A stretch of DNA of 64,000 nt, taken from a virus. Taxonomy: Duplodnaviria; Caudoviricetes. Location: the IMG/VR virus record IMGVR_UViG_3300021255_002891, positions 19,521 to 83,520 of that record; one strand, written 5' to 3'. Under the pieces are notes generated by a model, which made no database searches, was not told where the DNA came from, and worked only from the letters and a program-made list of their open reading frames with translations. Below, piece by piece: positions 32,601-40,696 of the stretch; positions within the stretch are counted from its first letter, which is position 1, and each line of letters opens with the position of its first letter. The translations under genes were made by a program, and so were the position numbers.

Positions 32601-35600
32601 GTTGGTTGATAAACATTAAACACAATGGCATATGTTCCAGTTCCATTCCCATATTCATCTAAATTTTCAACCACACTAACCCAATAATGTGCTATGCTAG
32701 CCAAATCCCAAGATAAACCACCTGTTGAGGCTGCAATTGAGGACGGACGATTATTCTGGTCACATAAACAGTCCATAGTTGTTAACCCAGACTCAACATT
32801 AGCTTGTAATGTGATTAAAACATTAACATCTAACATTGGAACTTCCTCGTTTTGCCTTTCAGCATGAACATTTAATCTATAAAGATTATTTACATATGGA
32901 AGCGCAGTGACATTAGTAACATTTTTTATGACAAAAATATAGCCGTCTACGGAAATATTAGTTATCTTTATTTTACCATACAAATTGTTTTTATCATTAC
33001 AAATAAAATCAATTCTACTAGTAGCTTCATCATAAAACTTAGTACCCAATTCTTCAGTTTCTACAGTTGCATTTATTTTTGTTTTCTCCAAATTAACTTT
33101 TTCAGAAACCATTTTACCCTCTCTATCTATGAGTTCAAGTACATATATTTGGTTATCTAAGTGTTCGATGATTGTTCCTGTTCCATTACTTTCGATTTGG
33201 TATTTAACATTACCATTTTCGTTAACTTTAACACATTTCTTACCACCATCTTCTATAAAAGTTCCACCTATGACGAAATCTGTCATAGTCATTCCACTTT
33301 CCCTAATTATTTCTATATTATTTGAATCATATAGAGCATAGGTATATGGAGCTTTAATATCGTCAACCATGACCCTTATATATCCATAAGCATAGTTTTG
33401 ACTGTAATCACATACTGTAGTAGTAGTGTTAGCATCATATTCTATTGGGCAATATGATTTGCCTTGTGTTTCTATTATTGGCGTAAACGGCATTTTAACA
33501 TTTTTGAAACATACAGCATTAAACATTTCATTAAACTTATCAATTGCAGTACTTCCAGGTTTTATACCAAAATAAAAATAGAATGAGTTATTATACAAAG
33601 GCATATGATGGTCATTATCATCTTTATGAATGTAGAAATGCCTTATTCTACCTTCAGGATTATCATTTTTGTTTCCGCTTTCAGCACCCAATCTAAATGT
33701 TAAGTATTGTTCATCCCTTTCATCAAAAAGAGCTTGCCTAAAACTTTTTTTATATTTTTTCATGGGTATTTGAAGCCTTCCATCAAAATCGACTGGATAA
33801 ATAAACTTAAACTTAGGAATTAAATAATTCGTATTATCATCAAGTACTTGTGTTGTGTATCCACTAACTGAATCTTGGTAATCTTGTGGAATAAAGCCAA
33901 TATGATTCATTGTTGCAAACATAGCGCGATTTTCCATGTCATCAAGTTCTAATTTGTTTATAAAGCCATCAGTCTCGAAAGGTGCTACTTCGGGCTGTTT
34001 TGCCGTGCTTGAATTTACATAACTCATATCGTATGACATATCAAGATTAACACCATACTCGCTAAGTCTTTCAACATTAAAACAAGATTTTGGTCTAGTT
34101 TTTGCATATGTACATGCCAAATCCATAAACAATCCAGTTCTATAAACTGGAACTTGTTTATTTCCGTTATGACCCCAATCCATTCCTGTTGTTATCGTTG
34201 TACCTGAATCTTCTCCACCGCCAGTATCAACATTAGAATCTTCATCATCACCCTTGGTAATAGACTCCTCTTCAATTGTAGCAATTGGAGGTACATTAGC
34301 TGTGGTTGATGGTAATGATTTGAAGAACTGAGGGATGCCATATAGGTTATTTTCTCTTAAATTACCTAAAAGTATAATATCAGTAGCATAAAGTCTTATT
34401 GCTGGGAAAGGATTTATCCTTTCTAGCATTGCCAAATCTTGATTAGTAACATCTGTTGTTGGTTGTAATGCAACATAATAATATGCTGTTAATCCATCTT
34501 TATTTTCAACAGGTTTAATCAACCCATTAAAATATCTAACTCGGCTTTTTTTAAACTTGTGCCATCTTTCTTCTTTATCTGGAATATCACTTTCATTTAT
34601 TTCCAAAGAATTGTTTTTATAGTTAACATCACAAGTTACATATGTTTTAAGCTTACCATATTTCTTATCACAACTGCAATACTCGTTTTTAGCCCTAGAC
34701 TTAATTAGTCCAAATAACCAAGACTTCTTTTTCCTTTTTCTCCAATACCATAATGGCATATAAAGGCATCCATTAACCCAATCTTGATATAGGTCTAATT
34801 TAACCACTTTAAAATCTTGTGCTAATTTTTGCTGTATTTTATCTATTAACTCTTCATTGTTAGAGCTTTTAGTACAGTTATTTCCCATGTCTGTTGGACA
34901 ATCAGTATGCCTACAGTCAATGCTACCAGGACATCCACATCCTGGATAATATGCTACATTACCTCCATCAATTCCACCTTGTATGTTTATACATCCTATA
35001 AGTTTTATATCAGGTATTACCTTTTTAAGACCTTTACCAACCAAAGGTAGTTTACCAATTAATCTTCTAAACTCTCTAAAAATGTTAAGTATTTTATTAA
35101 TCGGTCTTATAATGAACTCATTAATAAAATATATCACATAAGTTACTATGATAAACACGAGACAAATTACCATATAAGTAAATGGTAAATCTATATTAAG
35201 TTTATTAAATGGTATTTGGTTTTGGTCTGCTGCTAGGTTTGCTCCTTTTAATGCGCTATAATTCTTAGAATAAGCTCTGTGAGCAACTTGTGTTTTAGGA
35301 ATATAGTTTTTAATGCTGTACACATTATTCCAATACAAGTCACGGAAACAACTCTGAGGGGTAGACGTGCCAAATGTATACATCCTTTCAACTTCTTTAC
35401 CACTAATATTAATGGTTGGAACGACTTTTGTCTCGTCAAACATAGGATTCATAGGCACAAGATACTTGGCAGTGTGTCTTGAAATAGCCTCATCACCAGT
35501 TTCATCCTTGCTTATTCTAAACCTAACTTGAGTTCTAGTTGCTATACCCTTATTTGGATTGTCGGTTGGAACTATATTTCCATATTCATCAGTTCCGATA

Positions 35601-36571
35601 TAGTCCAAATTCATTGGAATCTGATAACACCAGACTCCATCGTTATTTATTAGTCTATTTCCTTTAATCTGGTATTCCTCAATAAAACCATCAACAGTCT
35701 TACGAATCATTTCAATAGTACCCTCACTAGCCACCAACTGGTCATTCATACCATTGTTTACGCTTGGGGCGCATTTATGACCAATTGAATTGCTTCCATT
35801 GTCTGACACAATAGAACCCATAAACACACAAGTTGGTTCAAACTTATATTGAACTTGTATGTCACTTCTAGTTATTGCAGCAACACCATTATCAACATCA
35901 CCCCAGAATGGATACACAAAAACGCTTTTATTTTGTGAAATAATCTGTGCTAAATTGTCTAAGTTGGTACTCTCCTTAAATTGCTTTGGGCTATCGAACA
36001 TTTCAAGATTATAACCCTTGTATGTAAAATCAGTAGGTGTCTGAGATAATATACCAATATCTGACAAATCAATGTCAACATGTAATTTTTGACTTCCACT
36101 AGGAACGCCAAAAATCATATAGTCACCAGCGTTATTAGTAACTGTAGTGTATTTCCAATACTTGTCATATATTTCTAACTGAATGCTATCATCTAGTACT
36201 AATCTTTTGTTTGGGAATGTTCCAACAACCCTATAGCAATCATTATCGCTATAGTCTGGCAATATATTATACCTCCTACCTTCTCTGTCCTTAGACATTA
36301 CATCTGAATATGGGTAAATGGACTCTATTAGTGTAGAATCATTTTCGTCTCTTTCAATGAACAGCGATATTTTTGCATTAGAAATACCAAATGCATCATT
36401 AGCAAGAACCCTTCCAATTATAACACCATAATTGGAAGAGTGTAATCTGTAAGCATCTTTCTGTCTTAACTTCAATGACAAGATTTCCATGAAATCGAAA
36501 TCTTGTTTCATGTTTACATTAAGAACAGTATCACTTGCTATGTTTGTATGTATTCTATAGTTTTTTTCCAT
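29660..36571 (-). CDS. very large putative tail/baseplate protein (2303 aa)
   Basis: N-terminal GVIIGRV...GISNAKISLF...TNNAGDYMIFGVPSG resembles a carboxypeptidase-regulatory/transthyretin-like beta domain. Also has a Cys-rich segment and a hydrophobic stretch around residues 465-490. Confidence 0.65.
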   Translation of the reverse strand: MEKNYRIHTNIASDTVLNVNMKQDFDFMEILSLKLRQKDAYRLHSSNYGVIIGRVLANDAFGISNAKISLFIERDENDSTLIESIYPYSDVMSKDREGRRYNILPDYSDNDCYRVVGTFPNKRLVLDDSIQLEIYDKYWKYTTVTNNAGDYMIFGVPSGSQKLHVDIDLSDIGILSQTPTDFTYKGYNLEMFDSPKQFKESTNLDNLAQIISQNKSVFVYPFWGDVDNGVAAITRSDIQVQYKFEPTCVFMGSIVSDNGSNSIGHKCAPSVNNGMNDQLVASEGTIEMIRKTVDGFIEEYQIKGNRLINNDGVWCYQIPMNLDYIGTDEYGNIVPTDNPNKGIATRTQVRFRISKDETGDEAISRHTAKYLVPMNPMFDETKVVPTINISGKEVERMYTFGTSTPQSCFRDLYWNNVYSIKNYIPKTQVAHRAYSKNYSALKGANLAADQNQIPFNKLNIDLPFTYMVICLVFIIVTYVIYFINEFIIRPINKILNIFREFRRLIGKLPLVGKGLKKVIPDIKLIGCINIQGGIDGGNVAYYPGCGCPGSIDCRHTDCPTDMGNNCTKSSNNEELIDKIQQKLAQDFKVVKLDLYQDWVNGCLYMPLWYWRKRKKKSWLFGLIKSRAKNEYCSCDKKYGKLKTYVTCDVNYKNNSLEINESDIPDKEERWHKFKKSRVRYFNGLIKPVENKDGLTAYYYVALQPTTDVTNQDLAMLERINPFPAIRLYATDIILLGNLRENNLYGIPQFFKSLPSTTANVPPIATIEEESITKGDDEDSNVDTGGGEDSGTTITTGMDWGHNGNKQVPVYRTGLFMDLACTYAKTRPKSCFNVERLSEYGVNLDMSYDMSYVNSSTAKQPEVAPFETDGFINKLELDDMENRAMFATMNHIGFIPQDYQDSVSGYTTQVLDDNTNYLIPKFKFIYPVDFDGRLQIPMKKYKKSFRQALFDERDEQYLTFRLGAESGNKNDNPEGRIRHFYIHKDDNDHHMPLYNNSFYFYFGIKPGSTAIDKFNEMFNAVCFKNVKMPFTPIIETQGKSYCPIEYDANTTTTVCDYSQNYAYGYIRVMVDDIKAPYTYALYDSNNIEIIRESGMTMTDFVIGGTFIEDGGKKCVKVNENGNVKYQIESNGTGTIIEHLDNQIYVLELIDREGKMVSEKVNLEKTKINATVETEELGTKFYDEATSRIDFICNDKNNLYGKIKITNISVDGYIFVIKNVTNVTALPYVNNLYRLNVHAERQNEEVPMLDVNVLITLQANVESGLTTMDCLCDQNNRPSSIAASTGGLSWDLASIAHYWVSVVENLDEYGNGTGTYAIVFNVYQPTSFVLTISQYCGCFEDACILVDNTTSISVQINNGENFNTYLNTMPVKFMLGTTNDNQQATVANQSYFYSSSETDSHIKGWYGLHQEDTYRFVPTTPDNERTWEDFVDLDLGIDSLDTRQRILQYKFNTMFSLSDAAYVTENSDLTFEYTATGGGSRILYRSVVPRYEEMDLMFSQYVLNDYNTATLPDSSFPHIVPRIYSGRTGSSMGPLWNEQYENSDKLGNYFAAFTQNGRYVSTSAINCDINTMRLPNYTTQFPYGDNVSVKKLGQDITGPITNFIRAYNSKDNQTADCQRMSKTQPYLRSLFVDRRFDFDLTVLGPCFGDSFSLHENPAVDRVWKSTRIYGFTYNGIEMSYDKDYNIVSANTSDNGFTKNNRLEYSYSSSDSPYEDAKTYYNAALTDSVWETDEGDSQIIKRPYESTFGTLDIRNLYWSAFNRTRLGYYCNNEQGGPAGMYEPSLPFYVYCYPYSSQNQLGYNWEFNRERVAVDKNYPTIRYLDVGNIYPAERYDFSYISCGYGTNVDINPDNSLEIKASNGESFDFSFDFSSPIQFIPPTEGNDDYGNVVFKKLSVEDDNYVKFVADSVSLNFKFTPRESDDFDIYTRVPIMIKVLTRDTNTGDLGYICRANGHYVDGITYYKTASLNNPTTQDACIRGVDIYNILTDRAIKLHKFNHPNQTFWFINKDTTLPNGVKISDGFTLKNGAPTKGQFYYKTVEGDKEWLKSDDTDFANILFGYTIDVNEDNGASVFAIVIDREYLYKSEDMLNRRFRTVECSDLFDARHVLLKPTPNNPGIPVEINDEGVATSYDTPASYVMVSSAATEAANASANTKIHIQVLAFRMKFSTTGLPTAWQCQAFANYEMMSYIFKFTDNANNIYYVNCNEFYFSKKSRDDVYFLDFVVKWTQNMGIMIDNNWSSGALVEIYAKTPSNFTYKLSEFTIALDNQCYQVNDRGECIIEAEHSKDKMTIGKKLKTDFSIKNG

Positions 36572-36806
36572 TACTTAACTTTTCTATAAATTTACTTGGA
36601 ACTTTAATACCCATTGTCTTTCCGACCAATAATTGGTAAGACAGTATAATAATGATAATAGGAACAGTCAATACCATAAGAGGCATAATTAAAAGGCCAA
36701 CTATAATTCTTTTGATGGCTTTTACCAACTTTCCAAAATAACTATCATTTTGATTTTCGTTTTGCTTATTCTGAAGCTCCGTAACTTTTTTACAATTACA
36801 TCCCAT
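36555..36806 (-). CDS. small membrane protein
   Basis: MGCNCKK N-terminus and a long hydrophobic segment IIVGLLIMPLMVLTVPIIIIILSYQLLVG. Confidence 0.7.
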   Translation of the reverse strand: MGCNCKKVTELQNKQNENQNDSYFGKLVKAIKRIIVGLLIMPLMVLTVPIIIIILSYQLLVGKTMGIKVPSKFIEKLSNGKKL

Positions 36807-36810
36807 AACA

Positions 36811-38820
36811 TTAAACTAATCTACATTGAACTTGAATATCGTTCTTAGGATTTCTTATCTCATACATCGAGTTATAATCACCATACAATACCTTATCTAT
36901 TGCCATAAGGTCTATTTCTGCTGACATTGATGCGTTATCTTTAAGTATAAATGGTGTAGAACTCACTACCTCACACGTTCCCTCTGTTACTTCTGGAAGA
37001 GGGCATTTATCGCTGCTGTAACCTCCGAACCATATCTTATATACTCTTAGACTAATTAAGCTGACAACACCATCAAGCAATGTTATTTCCTTTTCCAAGT
37101 CACCAACAAATATGTCATCACCCATATCGTGTTTATTAACATCAAAATATGCTGCCACTTTATTAATGATTGTTTCTATAACGTTACCTGCATTATAGTT
37201 TTTGTCTATAAACACATCAATTGATATTCCAATATTATAGATGAGCCCACTTTTTATTTCAATATAATCATTAATTTGTTTATAATGAGACAAATACTCT
37301 ATAACGTTTCTAACTAGCCTATCTGGTAAAGCTGAATCCAATTTTCCGCTAGCGTTAAGACCCAAGAAATCCATTTCTACCTTATTATTGGTCTCAATGG
37401 CACAAGAACGGAAAGGAGCACCATATTTAGGAGGCATCTGCATCAGTTTTACTTTATAATCTTTAACTGTAACAGCACGATTCTGTGCGGCAGTATTATA
37501 CCTCATTAAGTGTTTTATCTCTTCTTCAGATGGCATATCCTTACCAGCGACAGCAGTTGATAGGTTTGTAACTTTCAAAGAAGAAATAACTCTACCACCC
37601 ATATTTCCATTCCATCCTTGTAGTTCAGTGCTTCCGCCCCACTCTATGTTTGCAAGAGAAATGGTGTTAATTGAACCAGGACCTAAATTACTTGATATGC
37701 CGCCACCAACACGATAAAGGATAAACATACTCCATCCAGCTTTAGGCAATATACCTAACATATTATTGTTAATTAAATTAGAAGCAACGCTGTCTGAATA
37801 GCTTGTTGCACTCTCAGGCACTGAATCATACCCATTTCCTGCCCCAAAAATAATTTTTATATAACCATTATCAGTAAATTCAGTAATGTATTTTTGCGTT
37901 AATGGCTTCCATCTTCCAATGTAATATCTACTAGTTCTTTGAGTATCACCACTTTCTGTGAATTCTGTGTAATCTTCGTAGAGTTCAGGTTGATATTTGT
38001 CTTTTATAACAAAATTGTCTATGTTACTATCTGTACCAAATCTCCATTGGTCTGCCAAAGAATCACATTCAAAAAACCTATATGTCATAACTGCTTGACT
38101 GCTTTTTCTATACTCCTCTTCGTCAACATAAAATTCCCACAACTCAGGCGCACTAGAAAAGTCACTAGACTCTTTAAAAATGATTGATTCAACATTCATC
38201 ACATCATTTTCTGGAAGTACAAATTCCATAAATGGTTTTAAATCGTCAGCATTAATAATTTTCTTATATATTTTTGATATACCATTAATGGCAACTACAG
38301 ATTTTGACACAGTATAACTAGTTATATTACCATTGCTATCTCTAGATGGGGTAATGGTTCTATTTGAAAAACCATTGCTATTAAACTGATTTTTAAAATT
38401 AACATCCTCGGTTAATTCAAAGTTAAAAGCCCCAGCAGAAACAATACTAGATTTAAGCAATATTGGAGCATAATTCCAATCAGGAATGCTTATATTCGTT
38501 GAATTTAATGGTAATTCACAACTAATTTCCACCTCACACATTGATGCTTTACGTCCAGGAATCTTAAAACCATTAGCCCTAGCTTGATTAAAAATAGTGC
38601 TCCTTAAATTTGCACTATCAATATTTGTCTCTTGATACATTCTATCTGTATGGTAAGACAAATCATCACCTACTGCTGATACAAGGTCTATAAACCAAGC
38701 ACCAACACTAGAATCGTTAAAACTATCAGAAAGTTCAGGATAATATCTATTGCTAAACTTTATAAGTTCTTCTTTAATGCTATTAAAATCTCTGCTTAAA
38801 TAATTAATTTTCTTTTCCAT
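36811..38820 (-). CDS. baseplate wedge protein (T4 gp6/baseplate J-like)
   Basis: INYLSRDFNSIKEELIKF...DSSVGAWFIDL, LYRVGGG..SN and AQNRAVTVKDY; directly downstream of the gp25-like gene (TAATG overlap). Confidence 0.85.
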   Translation of the reverse strand: MEKKINYLSRDFNSIKEELIKFSNRYYPELSDSFNDSSVGAWFIDLVSAVGDDLSYHTDRMYQETNIDSANLRSTIFNQARANGFKIPGRKASMCEVEISCELPLNSTNISIPDWNYAPILLKSSIVSAGAFNFELTEDVNFKNQFNSNGFSNRTITPSRDSNGNITSYTVSKSVVAINGISKIYKKIINADDLKPFMEFVLPENDVMNVESIIFKESSDFSSAPELWEFYVDEEEYRKSSQAVMTYRFFECDSLADQWRFGTDSNIDNFVIKDKYQPELYEDYTEFTESGDTQRTSRYYIGRWKPLTQKYITEFTDNGYIKIIFGAGNGYDSVPESATSYSDSVASNLINNNMLGILPKAGWSMFILYRVGGGISSNLGPGSINTISLANIEWGGSTELQGWNGNMGGRVISSLKVTNLSTAVAGKDMPSEEEIKHLMRYNTAAQNRAVTVKDYKVKLMQMPPKYGAPFRSCAIETNNKVEMDFLGLNASGKLDSALPDRLVRNVIEYLSHYKQINDYIEIKSGLIYNIGISIDVFIDKNYNAGNVIETIINKVAAYFDVNKHDMGDDIFVGDLEKEITLLDGVVSLISLRVYKIWFGGYSSDKCPLPEVTEGTCEVVSSTPFILKDNASMSAEIDLMAIDKVLYGDYNSMYEIRNPKNDIQVQCRLV

Positions 38821-39209
38821 TATAATTGTACTGCTATGCTATCATTAGTTACTTTATTCCCTTCCACAACGCTATAATCCAATCTAATGAATACTTCAGA
38901 TTCATCTTCTGCGTTTTTTACTACATGTATGTCTCGTAAAGATATATTAGTTGCCCATCTGTTAACTGAATCTCTTATTTCATTCTTAACAGATTCCCAA
39001 GTCATACCATCACTCTGCTCAAAAATATACTTAATTAAATCAGTTCCAAACTCTGGATTTCTTATTCTTTGCCCCTTTGGAGTAAAGACAATATGCATTA
39101 ACTGACTTTTAACTTTATCCTTTAAAGTGTTGTTGGCATCAACAAAAAAATGTTGAAAGCCATCAGACGTAAAGGGATATTTAATACCGAAATACTGTTT
39201 TTTTGCCAT
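38820..39209 (-). CDS. baseplate wedge protein, gp25/GPW-like
   Basis: GIKYPF...L..TPKGQRIRNPEFGTDL..YIFE. Confidence 0.88.
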   Translation of the reverse strand: MAKKQYFGIKYPFTSDGFQHFFVDANNTLKDKVKSQLMHIVFTPKGQRIRNPEFGTDLIKYIFEQSDGMTWESVKNEIRDSVNRWATNISLRDIHVVKNAEDESEVFIRLDYSVVEGNKVTNDSIAVQL

Positions 39210-39268
39210 TAGTTAAAATTATTTCTTATAAGTATCTAAAAAATAATAATTTTAATGATTTTATAAAT

Positions 39269-39297
39269 AAAAAAGGTGACGATTACTCGCCACCTTT
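39269..39297 (-). terminator. intrinsic terminator after nrdG
   Basis: RNA GGUGGCGA-GUAA-UCGUCACC followed by a U-tract. Confidence 0.75.
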
Positions 39298-39753
39298 CTT
39301 CTTCCAAAACAAAAAAGTATTGTCTTCCATTTCGTCATCTTTTATGACGTAAAACCTCTGATTTGTGGTTTCCTTATCCAAACCACCCAAGTCTTCTTTA
39401 TACTCTCCAAGTTTAATAAAATCAAAGTTCTTCAAAGAAATGTCTTTGGATAACTCGTTTCTACCACTGTACCACCCTACTTTTAACTTCTTAAAATGCT
39501 TTAAATAAAATGCATATCCATTGATATATTTGGGTTCTCTGTCACCACCCATAAAACAAACACACGTTATACCACTGTTTTTCTCAAGCAAACTGTTAAG
39601 TTCCTTTGCCGTTAATTCTGTTCCTTTATCTTCCCATAAAAACTGTGAATGACATCCCTTACAATGACAAGGGCAATTTGTAATGTTAATCGCTAAAGTA
39701 ATTTCGTTAGGTATCTCTTCAAATACCACCATTGCATTATAATATTTTACCAT
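39283..39753 (-). CDS. nrdG: anaerobic ribonucleotide reductase activase (radical SAM)
   Basis: EIPNEITL, CxxxCxxC (CPCHCKGC), FMGGD, GGL...TNQRFY. Confidence 0.92.
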   Translation of the reverse strand: MVKYYNAMVVFEEIPNEITLAINITNCPCHCKGCHSQFLWEDKGTELTAKELNSLLEKNSGITCVCFMGGDREPKYINGYAFYLKHFKKLKVGWYSGRNELSKDISLKNFDFIKLGEYKEDLGGLDKETTNQRFYVIKDDEMEDNTFLFWKKKGGE

Positions 39754-39757
39754 AAAT

Positions 39758-39991
39758 TTACCTTTTTGTTATGTAATCCCAATTTGAATCTTTTACATAC
39801 AACCCACATTCACATTTATTTTTCATTGTGTAGTCAGTGCAAGGGCAGTGCAAATCTTTACCCTCATAGTCCTCAGAATTATGCACACAAGGGCATAAAC
39901 CATCGTTCTTCTCACACCTCTTGAGTATTGCATTGACAATTTTGTCATTTGGGTTTAAAACCCACCCATCTTTACGCAATATTGAAATCAT
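39758..39991 (-). CDS. ferredoxin:thioredoxin reductase catalytic-subunit-like protein
   Basis: LNP...CPC...CPC...CECGLY cysteine pattern. Confidence 0.8.
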   Translation of the reverse strand: MISILRKDGWVLNPNDKIVNAILKRCEKNDGLCPCVHNSEDYEGKDLHCPCTDYTMKNKCECGLYVKDSNWDYITKR

Positions 39992-39995
39992 CTTC

Positions 39996-40691
39996 TTAAA
40001 TCTTTAGTTTCATTATGTAATCAAAACTCACCTTCTCGCACTTTATGACATTAATGACATTCTCATCTATTATTACCACATTCTTCTCACCGCTCAAGTC
40101 TCTCTTTGAAAGCTTTCTTGTGTTCATGTCATATATAATTCCGTTGTACCCTTTTGACAACAGCAATTCATTCATTTGGTCATCCGAAAAGCCGTTAGTC
40201 TTTTGTATTCTGATATACTCATCCCTGCTGATATAATTAGGGTTCTGTATTTCAACGGTATAAATGTATGCATACCTTCTAACGGAATCTATTTCTTTTA
40301 AGAAATTAACCCATTCTTCCCTATTTCCGACACCATCGTTTATAAACTTGTTTACAAGCCTCTTAACAGACACTGTGTAGTTGTTGTTAAGATATGACGT
40401 TAAAATGCCGTTAGGGTCATCATATGAGTGTACACATGCGTTGTATTTATCCATTAGGGTTTCAGTATGTGACAATTCATCAGCATAAAACATTGCCGTT
40501 TCCTTATCAGTTGTAAAATAGAGACCCTTTCCGAAATCTTGCGAATGCTGTCCAGTGTTTATTTTGGACATCAAGAACTTGTCAAATTTGTGTGGAGAAC
40601 CATGATACAACAGTGTAGGGAGCATGTTTTTACTCTCTAGTGCCTCTTCGATTACTTTTTTTATTATATTATTAATTCTTTTATTTATCAT
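39996..40691 (-). CDS. ADP-ribosyltransferase-like protein (ART-PolyVal-like)
   Basis: LYHGS..F..F...G...FGKGLYFT.....A..YA, followed by GYNGIIY and a terminal VVII strand. Confidence 0.65.
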   Translation of the reverse strand: MINKRINNIIKKVIEEALESKNMLPTLLYHGSPHKFDKFLMSKINTGQHSQDFGKGLYFTTDKETAMFYADELSHTETLMDKYNACVHSYDDPNGILTSYLNNNYTVSVKRLVNKFINDGVGNREEWVNFLKEIDSVRRYAYIYTVEIQNPNYISRDEYIRIQKTNGFSDDQMNELLLSKGYNGIIYDMNTRKLSKRDLSGEKNVVIIDENVINVIKCEKVSFDYIMKLKI

Positions 40692-40696
40692 AATAA

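Noticed and set aside
12473-39209. Alternative genetic code (TAG=Gln, as in Lak or some crAss-like phages)
   Set aside because: Structural and lysis genes up to 2303 aa are intact under the standard code with tight gene packing, so no readthrough is needed.
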